This document shows, in pieces, positions 28,958 to 38,248 of a DNA stretch of 64,000 bases. Where the stretch lies: positions 2,240,001-2,304,000 of the forward strand of contig OY969767.1 of the NCBI GenBank assembly GCA_963702895.1, read 5' to 3'. The translations under genes were made by a program, and so were the position numbers. Every line of letters begins with the position of its first letter. Within the stretch, counting starts at the first letter, position 1. The notes below the pieces were generated by a model. It was not told where the DNA came from. It made no database searches and saw only the letters and a list, made by a program, of their open reading frames with translations. The DNA comes from an uncultured Elusimicrobia bacterium (GTDB taxonomy: Bacteria > Elusimicrobiota > Elusimicrobia > 2-01-FULL-59-12).

Positions 28958-29026
28958 TCCGCCTTCGCTCGGCATGCTGCCGCGCAGCTTCGGCGGACAA
29001 GCAGTTTACGCACGAGAGGCCAAGAG

Positions 29027-29110
29027 TGCTGGGGGTAGGATTTGAACCTACGTAGGGCGTAGCCCGCCAGATTTACAGTCTGGTGCATTTGACCGCTCTG
29101 CCACCCCAGC
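29027..29110 (-). tRNA. tRNA-Tyr (GTA); CCA not encoded
   Basis: GCTGGGGTGGCAGAGCGGTCAAATGCACCAGACTGTAAATCTGG...GGTTCAAATCCTACCCCCAGCA; long variable arm. Confidence 0.95.
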
Positions 29111-29132
29111 ACTCTTGGCCCAAAGAGCATTC

Positions 29133-29200
29133 TGCATTTGCTTGTCCCCCGCAGCCTTGGCGAAGGGGGAACCGCTCTGCCACCCCAGCACCCTTGGCCC
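29133..29200 (-). pseudogene. Duplicated 5' part of tRNA-Tyr with a REP-like hairpin in the D-loop
   Basis: GCTGGGGTGGCAGAGCGGT[TCCCCCTTCGCCAAGGCTGCGGGGGACAAG]CAAATGCA. Confidence 0.7.
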
Positions 29201-29505
29201 AACACGGTTCTGGTTTTCAACTGCGCGGGCGTTATTATACAACGCCCTACGAAGGCGTGAGCTTGTCGCTTTTTTCGTGTCGCCCTCCCCCTCCTTCAAC
29301 GAACAACGGAAGCCCAGAAGAGCGGCAGCCCTGAACAGCGGCAGACCCGAGGGGCAGCGAGTGGCCCTTCTCTTTGAAAGTACCTCTCATCGCCATTCCG
29401 GCATGCCGACGTTCGGGTTTGCCGCCGCTCTTGTCCCCATGCAGTGGGTCCCCCAACCCTTCACAAGGCCTCCCTGCGTCCGAGATATCCTTCCTTTCAT
29501 GGAAA

Positions 29506-29560
29506 GTTAACAAGCCTGTAACAATGCGTTAATCGTGCTGTAACCTTCGAGGGTCATACT
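29506..29560 (+). promoter_or_regulatory. Pho-box/OmpR-family-like tandem repeats with a -10 element (CATACT)
   Basis: gttaacaagcc|tgtaacaatgc|gttaatcgtgc|tgtaac, then 10 nt, then CATACT. Confidence 0.4.
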
Positions 29561-29581
29561 TATCGCGACAGGGCTATAGTT

Positions 29582-31081
29582 ATGAAAACAATCCATAGAG
29601 TCTATCACGGGAAGGCCGGCCGTTTTCGCCCCGTTCGACGGTTCACAAGGGCGTCGTGGGCCGTTCTTTTGTCTTTTTCCATCGCGATCTCCACGCTTCT
29701 TCCCGTCTCAAGTTTCGCGGCAGGCCCGGGGACAACGAGCGGCGATCTCCTCAAGGTCCCGGTCAGCGCCCGCGCGATCGGCATGGGCGAAGCCTACACG
29801 GCGCTCGCCAACGATTCGTCCGCCCTCGACTGGAACCCCGCGGGCATGTCCTTTATGCAGCAGAAGGAAGCGGCCTTCATGCACTCATCGCTCTACGAAG
29901 GCATCCATTATGAGCGCCTGGCCTTTGCCGCCCCTGGCGACAGCTATTCTTACGGAGCGTCCATGTCCTATCTGGGATATGGCTCGATGGAAGGCTTCGA
30001 CAACAACGGAATCCCCATCGGCGATCAGTCCGCCTACTCGTATCTTTTGACCGGCGGCCTGGCCTCGATGGTGCACGACCGCCTGTCCCTGGGCGTGACC
30101 GCCTCTTACCTCCGTCAAAAACTGGCGGACACCTCCGCCGGTACCGCGGTCTTTAATACCGGTATCCTCTACGAGCTCGCCTCGCGCCCGTGGGGCGGAG
30201 CCTACCGGCTGGGATTTTCGGCCTTGAACCTGGGACCGGGCCTCGAATTTGTCTCCGAGTCGAACCCGCTCCCTCGCAAATACAGGTTCGGCGCTTCGGC
30301 CCTGCATCTCAAGGATTTGCCCCTGAATCTGGCGGCGGACGTTCTCATGCCCAATGACAACTCGACGACGTTTTCCATGGGTTCGGAATATTGGTTTAAA
30401 GAGATGATCGCGCTGCGCTTGGGCTACGCGGGCTCGCGCGATGAGGGGAGCGGTCTGCGCCTGGGCTTCGGCTTTCGTCACCGGGATATTCTCTTCGACT
30501 ATGCCTTTAGTGACCAGGGGGACCTGGGATCGGCGCATCGCTTCGAGATGATGTTCCGCTGGGGGGACCGGATGCATCCGCTCAACCGCGAACAGCGCGC
30601 GATCCTCAAGGAAGCCAAGCGCGCGGGGACGGAGCAGGATTTTGTGCAGGAGATCCTCACGCTCAACGAGATCTTAAACACGGACCCGACCAATGACCGG
30701 ATTTTGCGAAAGATGATTCTAGCGCATGAAGCGATGCTCAAGAACGAGCTCCAGGACGTGATGACGGCCGACGGCCGACCAGCCCCTCCGGAAGAGGAGA
30801 TTCCATCGCCTGAGGAATTCGCGCTGCAGGACATGGTGCCCGGGCAGCAGGCGATCGTGAGCAACACCGTGCCTGCCAATTTTGACCCTGCCGACCCGCT
30901 CGGGCTCGGGAACCTCCCCGACACCCTCAGCCATCAAGCCCCCGCGGCGACGCCCGGCGTTGTGAGCGCGCCTTCGGCCGTGCCGGCCGTCGAGAAGGCC
31001 GCCGCGAGCTTCGATGCAGACATCTCCGCCGGTCCGGAATCCGACGGGATCCTGCTCAAACCCAGCGACATCTACAACTAA
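29582..31081 (+). CDS. PorV/PorQ-family outer-membrane barrel with helical and Pro/Ala-rich C-terminal extension
   Basis: LKVPVSARAIGMGEAYTALANDSSALDWNPAG; ALRLGY...FDYAF...LGSAHRF. Confidence 0.8.
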   Translation: MKTIHRVYHGKAGRFRPVRRFTRASWAVLLSFSIAISTLLPVSSFAAGPGTTSGDLLKVPVSARAIGMGEAYTALANDSSALDWNPAGMSFMQQKEAAFMHSSLYEGIHYERLAFAAPGDSYSYGASMSYLGYGSMEGFDNNGIPIGDQSAYSYLLTGGLASMVHDRLSLGVTASYLRQKLADTSAGTAVFNTGILYELASRPWGGAYRLGFSALNLGPGLEFVSESNPLPRKYRFGASALHLKDLPLNLAADVLMPNDNSTTFSMGSEYWFKEMIALRLGYAGSRDEGSGLRLGFGFRHRDILFDYAFSDQGDLGSAHRFEMMFRWGDRMHPLNREQRAILKEAKRAGTEQDFVQEILTLNEILNTDPTNDRILRKMILAHEAMLKNELQDVMTADGRPAPPEEEIPSPEEFALQDMVPGQQAIVSNTVPANFDPADPLGLGNLPDTLSHQAPAATPGVVSAPSAVPAVEKAAASFDADISAGPESDGILLKPSDIYN

Positions 31082-31168
31082 GGGACGTTCCATCACAAAC
31101 GTCACAAACTCCTGCATCTTTGCGCTTGGTGCTCTGAAGTTTGTGACGTTTGTGATGGAACGTCCCTT
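31080..31168. repeat. GGGACGTTCC palindromic element abutting the stop codon
   Basis: Same arms as 5709-5802 with a different loop. Confidence 0.9.
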
Positions 31169-31200
31169 CGTCGTATGGACTATGAGGGATGCGGGCTTTT

Positions 31201-31273
31201 AGCCGACGATAGGACTCGAACCTACAACCTGCTGTTTACAAAACAGCTGCTCTACCAATTGAGCTACGTCGGC
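31201..31273 (-). tRNA. tRNA-Thr (TGT); CCA not encoded
   Basis: GCCGACGTAGCTCAATTGGTAGAGCAGCTGTTTTGTAAACAGCAGGTTGTAGGTTCGAGTCCTATCGTCGGCT. Confidence 0.95.
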
Positions 31274-31292
31274 TAAAAGCCCGCCACCACTA

Positions 31293-31399
31293 AACCTGCT
31301 GCATACAAAACAGCTGCTCTACCCATTCCCGCCACACGACGATCGGGCCCGCCATAGCTCGCCACTCTTCTGGCGAGCGCCGGCGGGAGCTACGTCGGC
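31293..31399 (-). pseudogene. Duplicated 5' two-thirds of tRNA-Thr with a ~59-nt hairpin inserted in the D-loop
   Basis: GCCGACGTAGCTC[insert]AATGGGTAGAGCAGCTGTTTTGTATGCAGCAGGTT. Confidence 0.7.
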
Positions 31400-31421
31400 A
31401 AAATCTTCAAATACCAAGAAC

Positions 31422-31820
31422 TTATGCATGGCTCTTGAAACGACTGAGATCAAGAATATGCTTGTCATAATCAATGATAGTTCGGCAACGCCGTAGAAAA
31501 TTTAACCCAATGAAACCGCTGATCTCAGGAATCTCTGGAATATCTTGGCAGGTGACAGCAACGTGATGTGCATAAGCACTTCCAATCCGCATCTCAAGAA
31601 CAAGGACGGACGGAATTTTAATGCTGCCATTGGCCGTGATAATCGTCACCTTTCGATGTGACCCACTTAATTTATAGCCCAGGCTAATAGCGAGTTCAGT
31701 GGAAATTGAACAGTATTCTGCTCCTGTATCAAGCAAGAGGTCGGCTTTCTGAACGGTTTTCGGCCCCGTGATAACCGATGGAAGAATGATAGGCCCTGCA
31801 GGTTGAAGCGGAAATCTCAA
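31422..31820 (-). CDS. Retropepsin-like (clan AA) aspartyl protease
   Basis: LLLDTGA, ITANG and FIGLNFL motifs; visibly AT-richer than the flanks. Confidence 0.88.
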   Translation of the reverse strand: MRFPLQPAGPIILPSVITGPKTVQKADLLLDTGAEYCSISTELAISLGYKLSGSHRKVTIITANGSIKIPSVLVLEMRIGSAYAHHVAVTCQDIPEIPEISGFIGLNFLRRCRTIIDYDKHILDLSRFKSHA

Positions 31821-32026
31821 AAGAAGAAACCTACGCCACGCGGGACAACCGGCCCGTTAAACGTAATGTAAACGTTATTCAACCCCTTGCGATCAATAAA
31901 ATCATGAATGGATTTTCTTGTCTTCGCAGTGCCCAACACATCTCCTTCAACAGCGGGTTTCTCTCTTCGAATCTTGAAAACCATCCACTGATTTTTAAAC
32001 TTGCGACGGGCGGTAGCGAGTTTCAT
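31817..32026 (-). CDS. Small DUF5678-like protein coupled to the aspartyl protease
   Basis: KFKNQWMVF...GDVLGTAK; ATGA overlap with the protease gene. Confidence 0.65.
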   Translation of the reverse strand: MKLATARRKFKNQWMVFKIRREKPAVEGDVLGTAKTRKSIHDFIDRKGLNNVYITFNGPVVPRGVGFFF

Positions 32027-32078
32027 GCTCTTCTCCTTCTTAAACGAATTTTACCAAAGCCATAAACCCAGGATCTAT

Positions 32079-33031
<953 letters not shown>

Positions 33032-33032
<1 letters not shown>

Positions 33033-34468
33033 TAAATGCCAGCCTTCGGCAAGAGCCGGAACCCTTGCGCGGAGTCCTCGACGACATAGCCGGCGTTCGA
33101 GATGTCCTGGCGCAGGCGGTCCGCCTCTTTCCAATCCTTGCGCTGGCGGGCCTCTTCGCGCGCGCGCGCCAGCGCCGTCACCTCAGGCGGAATCAAAATC
33201 CCCTGCAGGAAGGAAAAGAGGTCGAGCCCCAAGAGCTCCGCGCAGGATCGGACCCACTGCAAAATATAGCGGACCGACCCGCGGGAGATGGTGTTGGAGG
33301 CGAACTGCTTCTCCAGGAGCCGCACGAACTGATGGAGGACCCCCAGGGCTTCCGGCGTGTTGAAATCGTCCTGGAGCGCTTCGCGGAATTCACGAACGAG
33401 TAACGCGCTGGTCGAGGCAACCTCCGGAAGGATCTCGTCCGACTGGTCTACGCCGAATTCCTGCTTTTGGAGGACGCGGGTGGCCCTGGCGATCGCATCC
33501 CGAAGGCCCGAGAGCGCCTGGCGGCTTTGCTCGAGAATCTCCTCGGAGAAATCGAGCGGCGACCGGTAATGGACGGTGAGGAGCATATAGCGCACCACCG
33601 AAGGGTGATACTTGGCGAAGACTTCGGAAAGCGTGAAGAAATTCCCCAGGGACTTGGACATCTTTTCGCGGCTCACGGTCACAAAGCCGTTGTGCATCCA
33701 GAGCTGGACGAAGGGCTTTTGCGTGGCCGCTTCCGATTGGGCGATCTCGTTTTCATGGTGCGGAAAGATGAGGTCAAGCCCCCCCCCGTGAATGTCAAAA
33801 GGAACGCCTAAATGTTTCATCGACATCACGGAGCACTCGATGTGCCAGCCGGGACGGCCCTTGCCCCACGGCGAATCCCACGAGACCTCCGGGGGGTCCT
33901 CGGGCTTGGAAGCTTTCCATAAGGCAAAATCCAAGGGGTCCTTCTTGTCCTGGTTCACCTCGACACGGGCGCCCGCTTGCAGCTCCTGGAGCGGTTTCTT
34001 CGAGAGCTTGCCGTAGGAAGGAAAGGCCTTCACCGAATAATAGACATCGCCTCCCAAACGATAGGCCACTTTCTTGTCGAGAAGATCGCGGATGAGCGTG
34101 AGGATCTCCGGGATGTGTTCCGTCACTTTGGGGTAGGCGTCGGCCCTGGCGACGCCCAGAGCGTCCATTTTGCTAAAGAAATCCTCGATATTTTCACGGA
34201 CCAGATCAGCCGCGCGGACCCCCCGCTCGCGCGCGCGAGCGATGATCTTGTCATCGACATCCGTAAAGTTCTGGACATAGCGGACGTGGTAACCGTTGGC
34301 CACGAGCACCCGGCGCACCACGTCAAAGACCACGTAGCAGCGCGCGTGGCCCACATGGCAGACGTCATAAGGGGTGATGCCGCACACATACATCCGCACC
34401 GCCCCCGGCTCCAGCGGCTGGAAAGGGACGGTTTGGCCCGTTAAGGTGTTGTGAATTTGAATGGTCAT
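33032..34468 (-). CDS. cysS: Cysteinyl-tRNA synthetase
   Basis: MYVCGIT, HVGH, GWHIEC and KMSKS motifs. Confidence 0.98.
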
Positions 34469-34516
34469 AAATTACTCATGCTCGTTCCTGGCAGAGTCTC
34501 GGAAAAGCCGAAAAGC

Positions 34517-34637
34517 TGTCATCGCGAGTCCGCCAGACGTCTGGCGGACGTGGCGATCTGTCATGGTCGTCGGAGATGACAGATTGCTTCGTCGGCCTTG
34601 CCCCATGAAGACAGCGGAAGGCCTCCTCGCAATGACA
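34517..34637. repeat. GTCATCGCGAG...CTCGCAATGAC palindromic element (RPE-like)
   Basis: Terminal inverted repeat with internal hairpins. Confidence 0.7.
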
Positions 34638-34648
34638 CCCTTGAGTCG

Positions 34649-35143
34649 TTATACGTCACCTTGCGTAGAACTTGAAAGCAAAACGACGGCGTGGGCGGCA
34701 ATGGCTTTGCCTTGTCCGATGTCGCCCAGGCCCTCGTTCGTTTTTCCTTTAATTTGGACGCTCGAGACAGGGATCGACAGGGCCTCGGCGATCGCCTCGC
34801 GCATCTTTTCGCGATAAGGAGAGATTTTCGGCTCTTCCGTGATGATGACGGAATCGACATTCACCACCCGGTAGCCGGCTCGGGTGATCTCCTCCACGGC
34901 CTTGGCGAGCATCGCGCGGCTCTTGATCCCTTGGAGGGAGGGATCCGACGGCGGAAAGTAATGGCCAATGTCCGGCAAGGCCGCCGCGCCTAAGAGCGCG
35001 TCGATCACGGCATGCAGCAAAGCGTCCGCGTCGGAATGGCCGTCTAAGCCCTTCTCGAATGGAATTTGGACGCCTCCCAGCCAGAGCGCCCGGCCTTTTT
35101 TCAAGCGGTGAATGTCATAACCGATCCCGACGCGAAAACTCAT
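34649..35143 (-). CDS. ispF: 2-C-methyl-D-erythritol 2,4-cyclodiphosphate synthase
   Basis: GIGYDIH and GHSDAD motifs. Confidence 0.97.
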   Translation of the reverse strand: MSFRVGIGYDIHRLKKGRALWLGGVQIPFEKGLDGHSDADALLHAVIDALLGAAALPDIGHYFPPSDPSLQGIKSRAMLAKAVEEITRAGYRVVNVDSVIITEEPKISPYREKMREAIAEALSIPVSSVQIKGKTNEGLGDIGQGKAIAAHAVVLLSSSTQGDV

Positions 35144-35850
35144 CAGCGACCCTCCAAAATAAGCCGTGCCAAGGCCAAATCCATGGGGACCGTGACCTTG
35201 AGATTGTCCGGCGATGATTCCACAAGCTTCACCCTCACCCCAAAACGCTCCACCAGCATTGCGTCGTCAGTAATCACATCATTTCGGCGAATGCCAGCCC
35301 GCCGGGATGACGGCCGTGACGCGTGGGCCCGATCCAATAAGGATCTCCTAAACACCTGCGGCGTTTGCGCCAGCCACACACGCTGTCTGGGCGGCGAGCC
35401 GATCACCGTATGGCCTTTCCCAGCAAGTTTCACCGTGTCCCTGCTGGGGCAGGCGGCGAGCGCCGCGCCGCAGCGGCGTGCCGCGGCGATCACCGACTCA
35501 ATGAGCGCCGGCCGCGCGAGCGGCCGCACGGCATCATGGACCGCGACATACCGGCACGCCTGTGGCACGGCCGAGAGGCCCTCGCGGACAGAATCCGCTC
35601 GAGACTTTCCGCCCGGGACAACCACAAAAATCTTTTTGAATTTCCAAGCCCGGACGAGCCTGCCGATCTGCCCCACATCCCCCCGCGGCACCACGAGCAC
35701 CACGAGCACCACCGACGGACATTTCTCGAAAGCCGCCGCCGACCACCACAAGAGCGGCCGCCCCTTCAAGCGAAGGTACTGCTTGCGAATCCTGCCACCG
35801 TAGCGGAGGCCCTTGCCGCCCGCCACGATGATGGCGGCGGTATCTTTCAT
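35143..35850 (-). CDS. ispD: MEP cytidylyltransferase
   Basis: AGGKGLR...KQY, VHDAVRP, AQTPQ, TDDA and NLKVT motifs. Confidence 0.97.
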   Translation of the reverse strand: MKDTAAIIVAGGKGLRYGGRIRKQYLRLKGRPLLWWSAAAFEKCPSVVLVVLVVPRGDVGQIGRLVRAWKFKKIFVVVPGGKSRADSVREGLSAVPQACRYVAVHDAVRPLARPALIESVIAAARRCGAALAACPSRDTVKLAGKGHTVIGSPPRQRVWLAQTPQVFRRSLLDRAHASRPSSRRAGIRRNDVITDDAMLVERFGVRVKLVESSPDNLKVTVPMDLALARLILEGR

Positions 35851-36836
35851 TCTTTCTCTTTGATTTTGGTGAAGATCATGCGGCCCGCGGACGTCTGAAG
35901 CACGGAGCTTACCAGGACTTCCACTTTCTTTCCGACCATCCTGCGGCCCTCTTCGACGACGACCATGGTGCCATCGTCGAGATACCCCACGCCCTGCTCG
36001 CGTTCCTTGCCCTCTTTGGCGATAAAGATCACCATGTTCTCGCCGGGGAGCACGGCGGGCTTCAAAGCGTTGGCCAGGTCGTTGACGTTCAAGACCGTGA
36101 CCCCCTGCAGCGAAGCGACCTTGTTGAGATTGAAATCCGTCGTGATGATCTTGGCGTCGAGCTCGCGCGCCATCACCACGAGCTTGCCGTCCACGTCCTT
36201 CACCTCGGGATAGTCTTTCTCATAGATCTTGAGCTGGATCTCAGGATGGTCCTGGAGCCTTTGCAGAATCTCCAGCCCCCGACGGCCCCTTGCGCGCTTC
36301 ATGGCGTCGGAAGTATCGGCGATGTTCTGGAGCTCTTTGAGGATGAAGCGGCCCACGATGAGCGGCCCCGAGAGGAACTTCGTTTCGAAGACATCGGCCA
36401 CGCGGCCGTCAATGATCGCCGAGGTGTCGATCACTTTGATCTCCACGCCCTTGCGCCGGCCGCCTTTCATGGGAAAGTCCCCCTTGTCCAGATCCTCCAC
36501 TTCCTCCTGACGCCTGACCGCCAGAACGGCCCCTAAGTAGGTGAGCACGATAAAAACATACGGAGCAGCCTTCCCCATCCAGAGCGTGAGGCTGGGCTCG
36601 TTGACACGCGTGATGACCTCATTGACAAGAACAGCAAAGATAAACCCAAGCCCGCCGCCCAAGGCCCCATAGAGAAAATGGCTCAAGGGAACATGCTCCA
36701 TCAGGATTTCGACGCCGATCACAAAGAGCGCCGCGACAACACCCGCGGCGATCCCGCGCCAGTCGGAAGAAACCTTAAACCAGCCGATCACAGGAGAAAT
36801 AATGATGACCGTCAACCTAAAAAACCATAACGTCAT
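35847..36836 (-). CDS. Membrane PIN/TRAM-domain protein (YacL-like)
   Basis: DTSAIIDGR, TTDFNLNKVA and GVGYLDDGTMVVVE; conserved radA-yacL-ispDF order. Confidence 0.93.
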   Translation of the reverse strand: MTLWFFRLTVIIISPVIGWFKVSSDWRGIAAGVVAALFVIGVEILMEHVPLSHFLYGALGGGLGFIFAVLVNEVITRVNEPSLTLWMGKAAPYVFIVLTYLGAVLAVRRQEEVEDLDKGDFPMKGGRRKGVEIKVIDTSAIIDGRVADVFETKFLSGPLIVGRFILKELQNIADTSDAMKRARGRRGLEILQRLQDHPEIQLKIYEKDYPEVKDVDGKLVVMARELDAKIITTDFNLNKVASLQGVTVLNVNDLANALKPAVLPGENMVIFIAKEGKEREQGVGYLDDGTMVVVEEGRRMVGKKVEVLVSSVLQTSAGRMIFTKIKEKE

Positions 36837-38242
36837 GATACAGTCCTTTCATCCCCCGCGACGGGGGGATCTTGAAGTGCTTCGGAAAGCCAGCGGACGC
36901 CCTGGATATCAAGGTGCAAGGAATGGAGCTCCCGTCCGGATTCCCGAAGGTTGGTTTGCGGAACCACAGCGCGCTTAAAACCCAACTGTGCGGCCTCGGC
37001 GAGGCGCAGCGGCAGTCCTGCGACGGAACGAACTTCTCCGCCGAGGCCTACCTCGCCGATCCACACGGTCGCGGGATCGAGCGTCTGGTTGCGATGCGCG
37101 CTCGCCACGGCGAGCGCGACGCCCAAATCGATGGCGGGTTCTTTGATTTTGACCCCGCCCACAAGATTCACGAAAACATCCTCATTCTCAAGATGGAGGC
37201 CCAGGCGCTTCTCGAGAACGGAAATAAGAAGCAGCGCCCGGTTGGCGTCCAAGCCCGTCACCATGCGCTTGGGAAAACCAAAATGCGTCCGCGAGACCAG
37301 GGACTGGACTTCCACCATGAGCGGACGCGTCCCCTCCAGGCTCGCCACCACAACGGAGCCGGGGGTCTTCGTTCGCTCGCTCAGGAAAAGTTCAGACGGG
37401 CTTTTGACACCCTCGAGGCCTCTGCCGGTCATGCGAAAGACCCCCACTTCATGGGTCGGCCCAAACCGGTTCTTGTAGGAGCGCAAGAGCCGGAAGACTT
37501 GCTCGCGTTCCGACTCAAAATAGAGCACGGTGTCCACCATGTGTTCCAGGACCCGAGGACCCGCGAGGTCTCCTTCCTTGGTGACGTGGCCCAGCACAAA
37601 GACGGCGATGCCGCGGGACTTGGCGAGGCGCAAGACCTCAGCCGTGCATTCCCGGACCTGGCCCACGGACCCCGGGGCGCTCACCATATCCTCGCGGTAG
37701 GTCGTTTGAATGGAATCGATGACGCAAAAGGACGGGGCGACTTTGTCGATGGCCTCAATGATTCTCGAAAGCTCCGTCTCGGACATGAGCGAAAGCGCAG
37801 GCGCCTGAAGCCCCAACCGATGCGCTCGGTCTTTGATTTGCTCGAGTGATTCTTCCCCTGAAATATAGAGCCCCCGGCCTTTCGTGCGGCAAAGGCCTTC
37901 CGCGATCTGAAGCATCAGGGTGGACTTGCCGATGCCGGGGGGGCCCCCAAGGAGAATCAAAGACCCCGGCACGACCCCGCCGCCCAGGACGCGGTCAAAT
38001 TCCGCCATACCGCTTGACGCGCGGGCGATGGGCGCGAGCGCCACGTCCTCTAAGCGAACGATCTCGGATGAAAACGAGGTGAGCGCGCGGTTGCGGATGC
38101 CGGCGGAGGTCCTGGCGGAGGGCGCTTCTTCCTCTTCCACGAAGGTATTCCACTGTTCGCACTCGGGGCACCGCCCGAGCCACCGGGCGCTGGAGTGTCC
38201 GCACTCCTGGCAACGAAAAGAGGTTTTGGTTTTCGTCTTCAT
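36833..38242 (-). CDS. radA: DNA repair protein RadA/Sms
   Basis: C4 zinc finger, GPPGIGKST and KNRFG. Confidence 0.98.
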   Translation of the reverse strand: MKTKTKTSFRCQECGHSSARWLGRCPECEQWNTFVEEEEAPSARTSAGIRNRALTSFSSEIVRLEDVALAPIARASSGMAEFDRVLGGGVVPGSLILLGGPPGIGKSTLMLQIAEGLCRTKGRGLYISGEESLEQIKDRAHRLGLQAPALSLMSETELSRIIEAIDKVAPSFCVIDSIQTTYREDMVSAPGSVGQVRECTAEVLRLAKSRGIAVFVLGHVTKEGDLAGPRVLEHMVDTVLYFESEREQVFRLLRSYKNRFGPTHEVGVFRMTGRGLEGVKSPSELFLSERTKTPGSVVVASLEGTRPLMVEVQSLVSRTHFGFPKRMVTGLDANRALLLISVLEKRLGLHLENEDVFVNLVGGVKIKEPAIDLGVALAVASAHRNQTLDPATVWIGEVGLGGEVRSVAGLPLRLAEAAQLGFKRAVVPQTNLRESGRELHSLHLDIQGVRWLSEALQDPPVAGDERTVS

Positions 38243-38248
38243 AAAACC

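Noticed and set aside
11949..29110. Prophage integrated at tRNA-Tyr (fibre-like gene plus tRNA 3' duplication)
   Set aside because: No integrase, capsid, terminase or tail genes; the duplicate lies right beside the tRNA; the fibre has a Sec signal peptide.
29300..29500. Possible riboswitch upstream of the PorV-like gene
   Set aside because: Stems are present (GCGGCAGACCCGA/TCGGGTTTGCCGC) but no recognisable aptamer consensus, and it lies upstream of the putative promoter.
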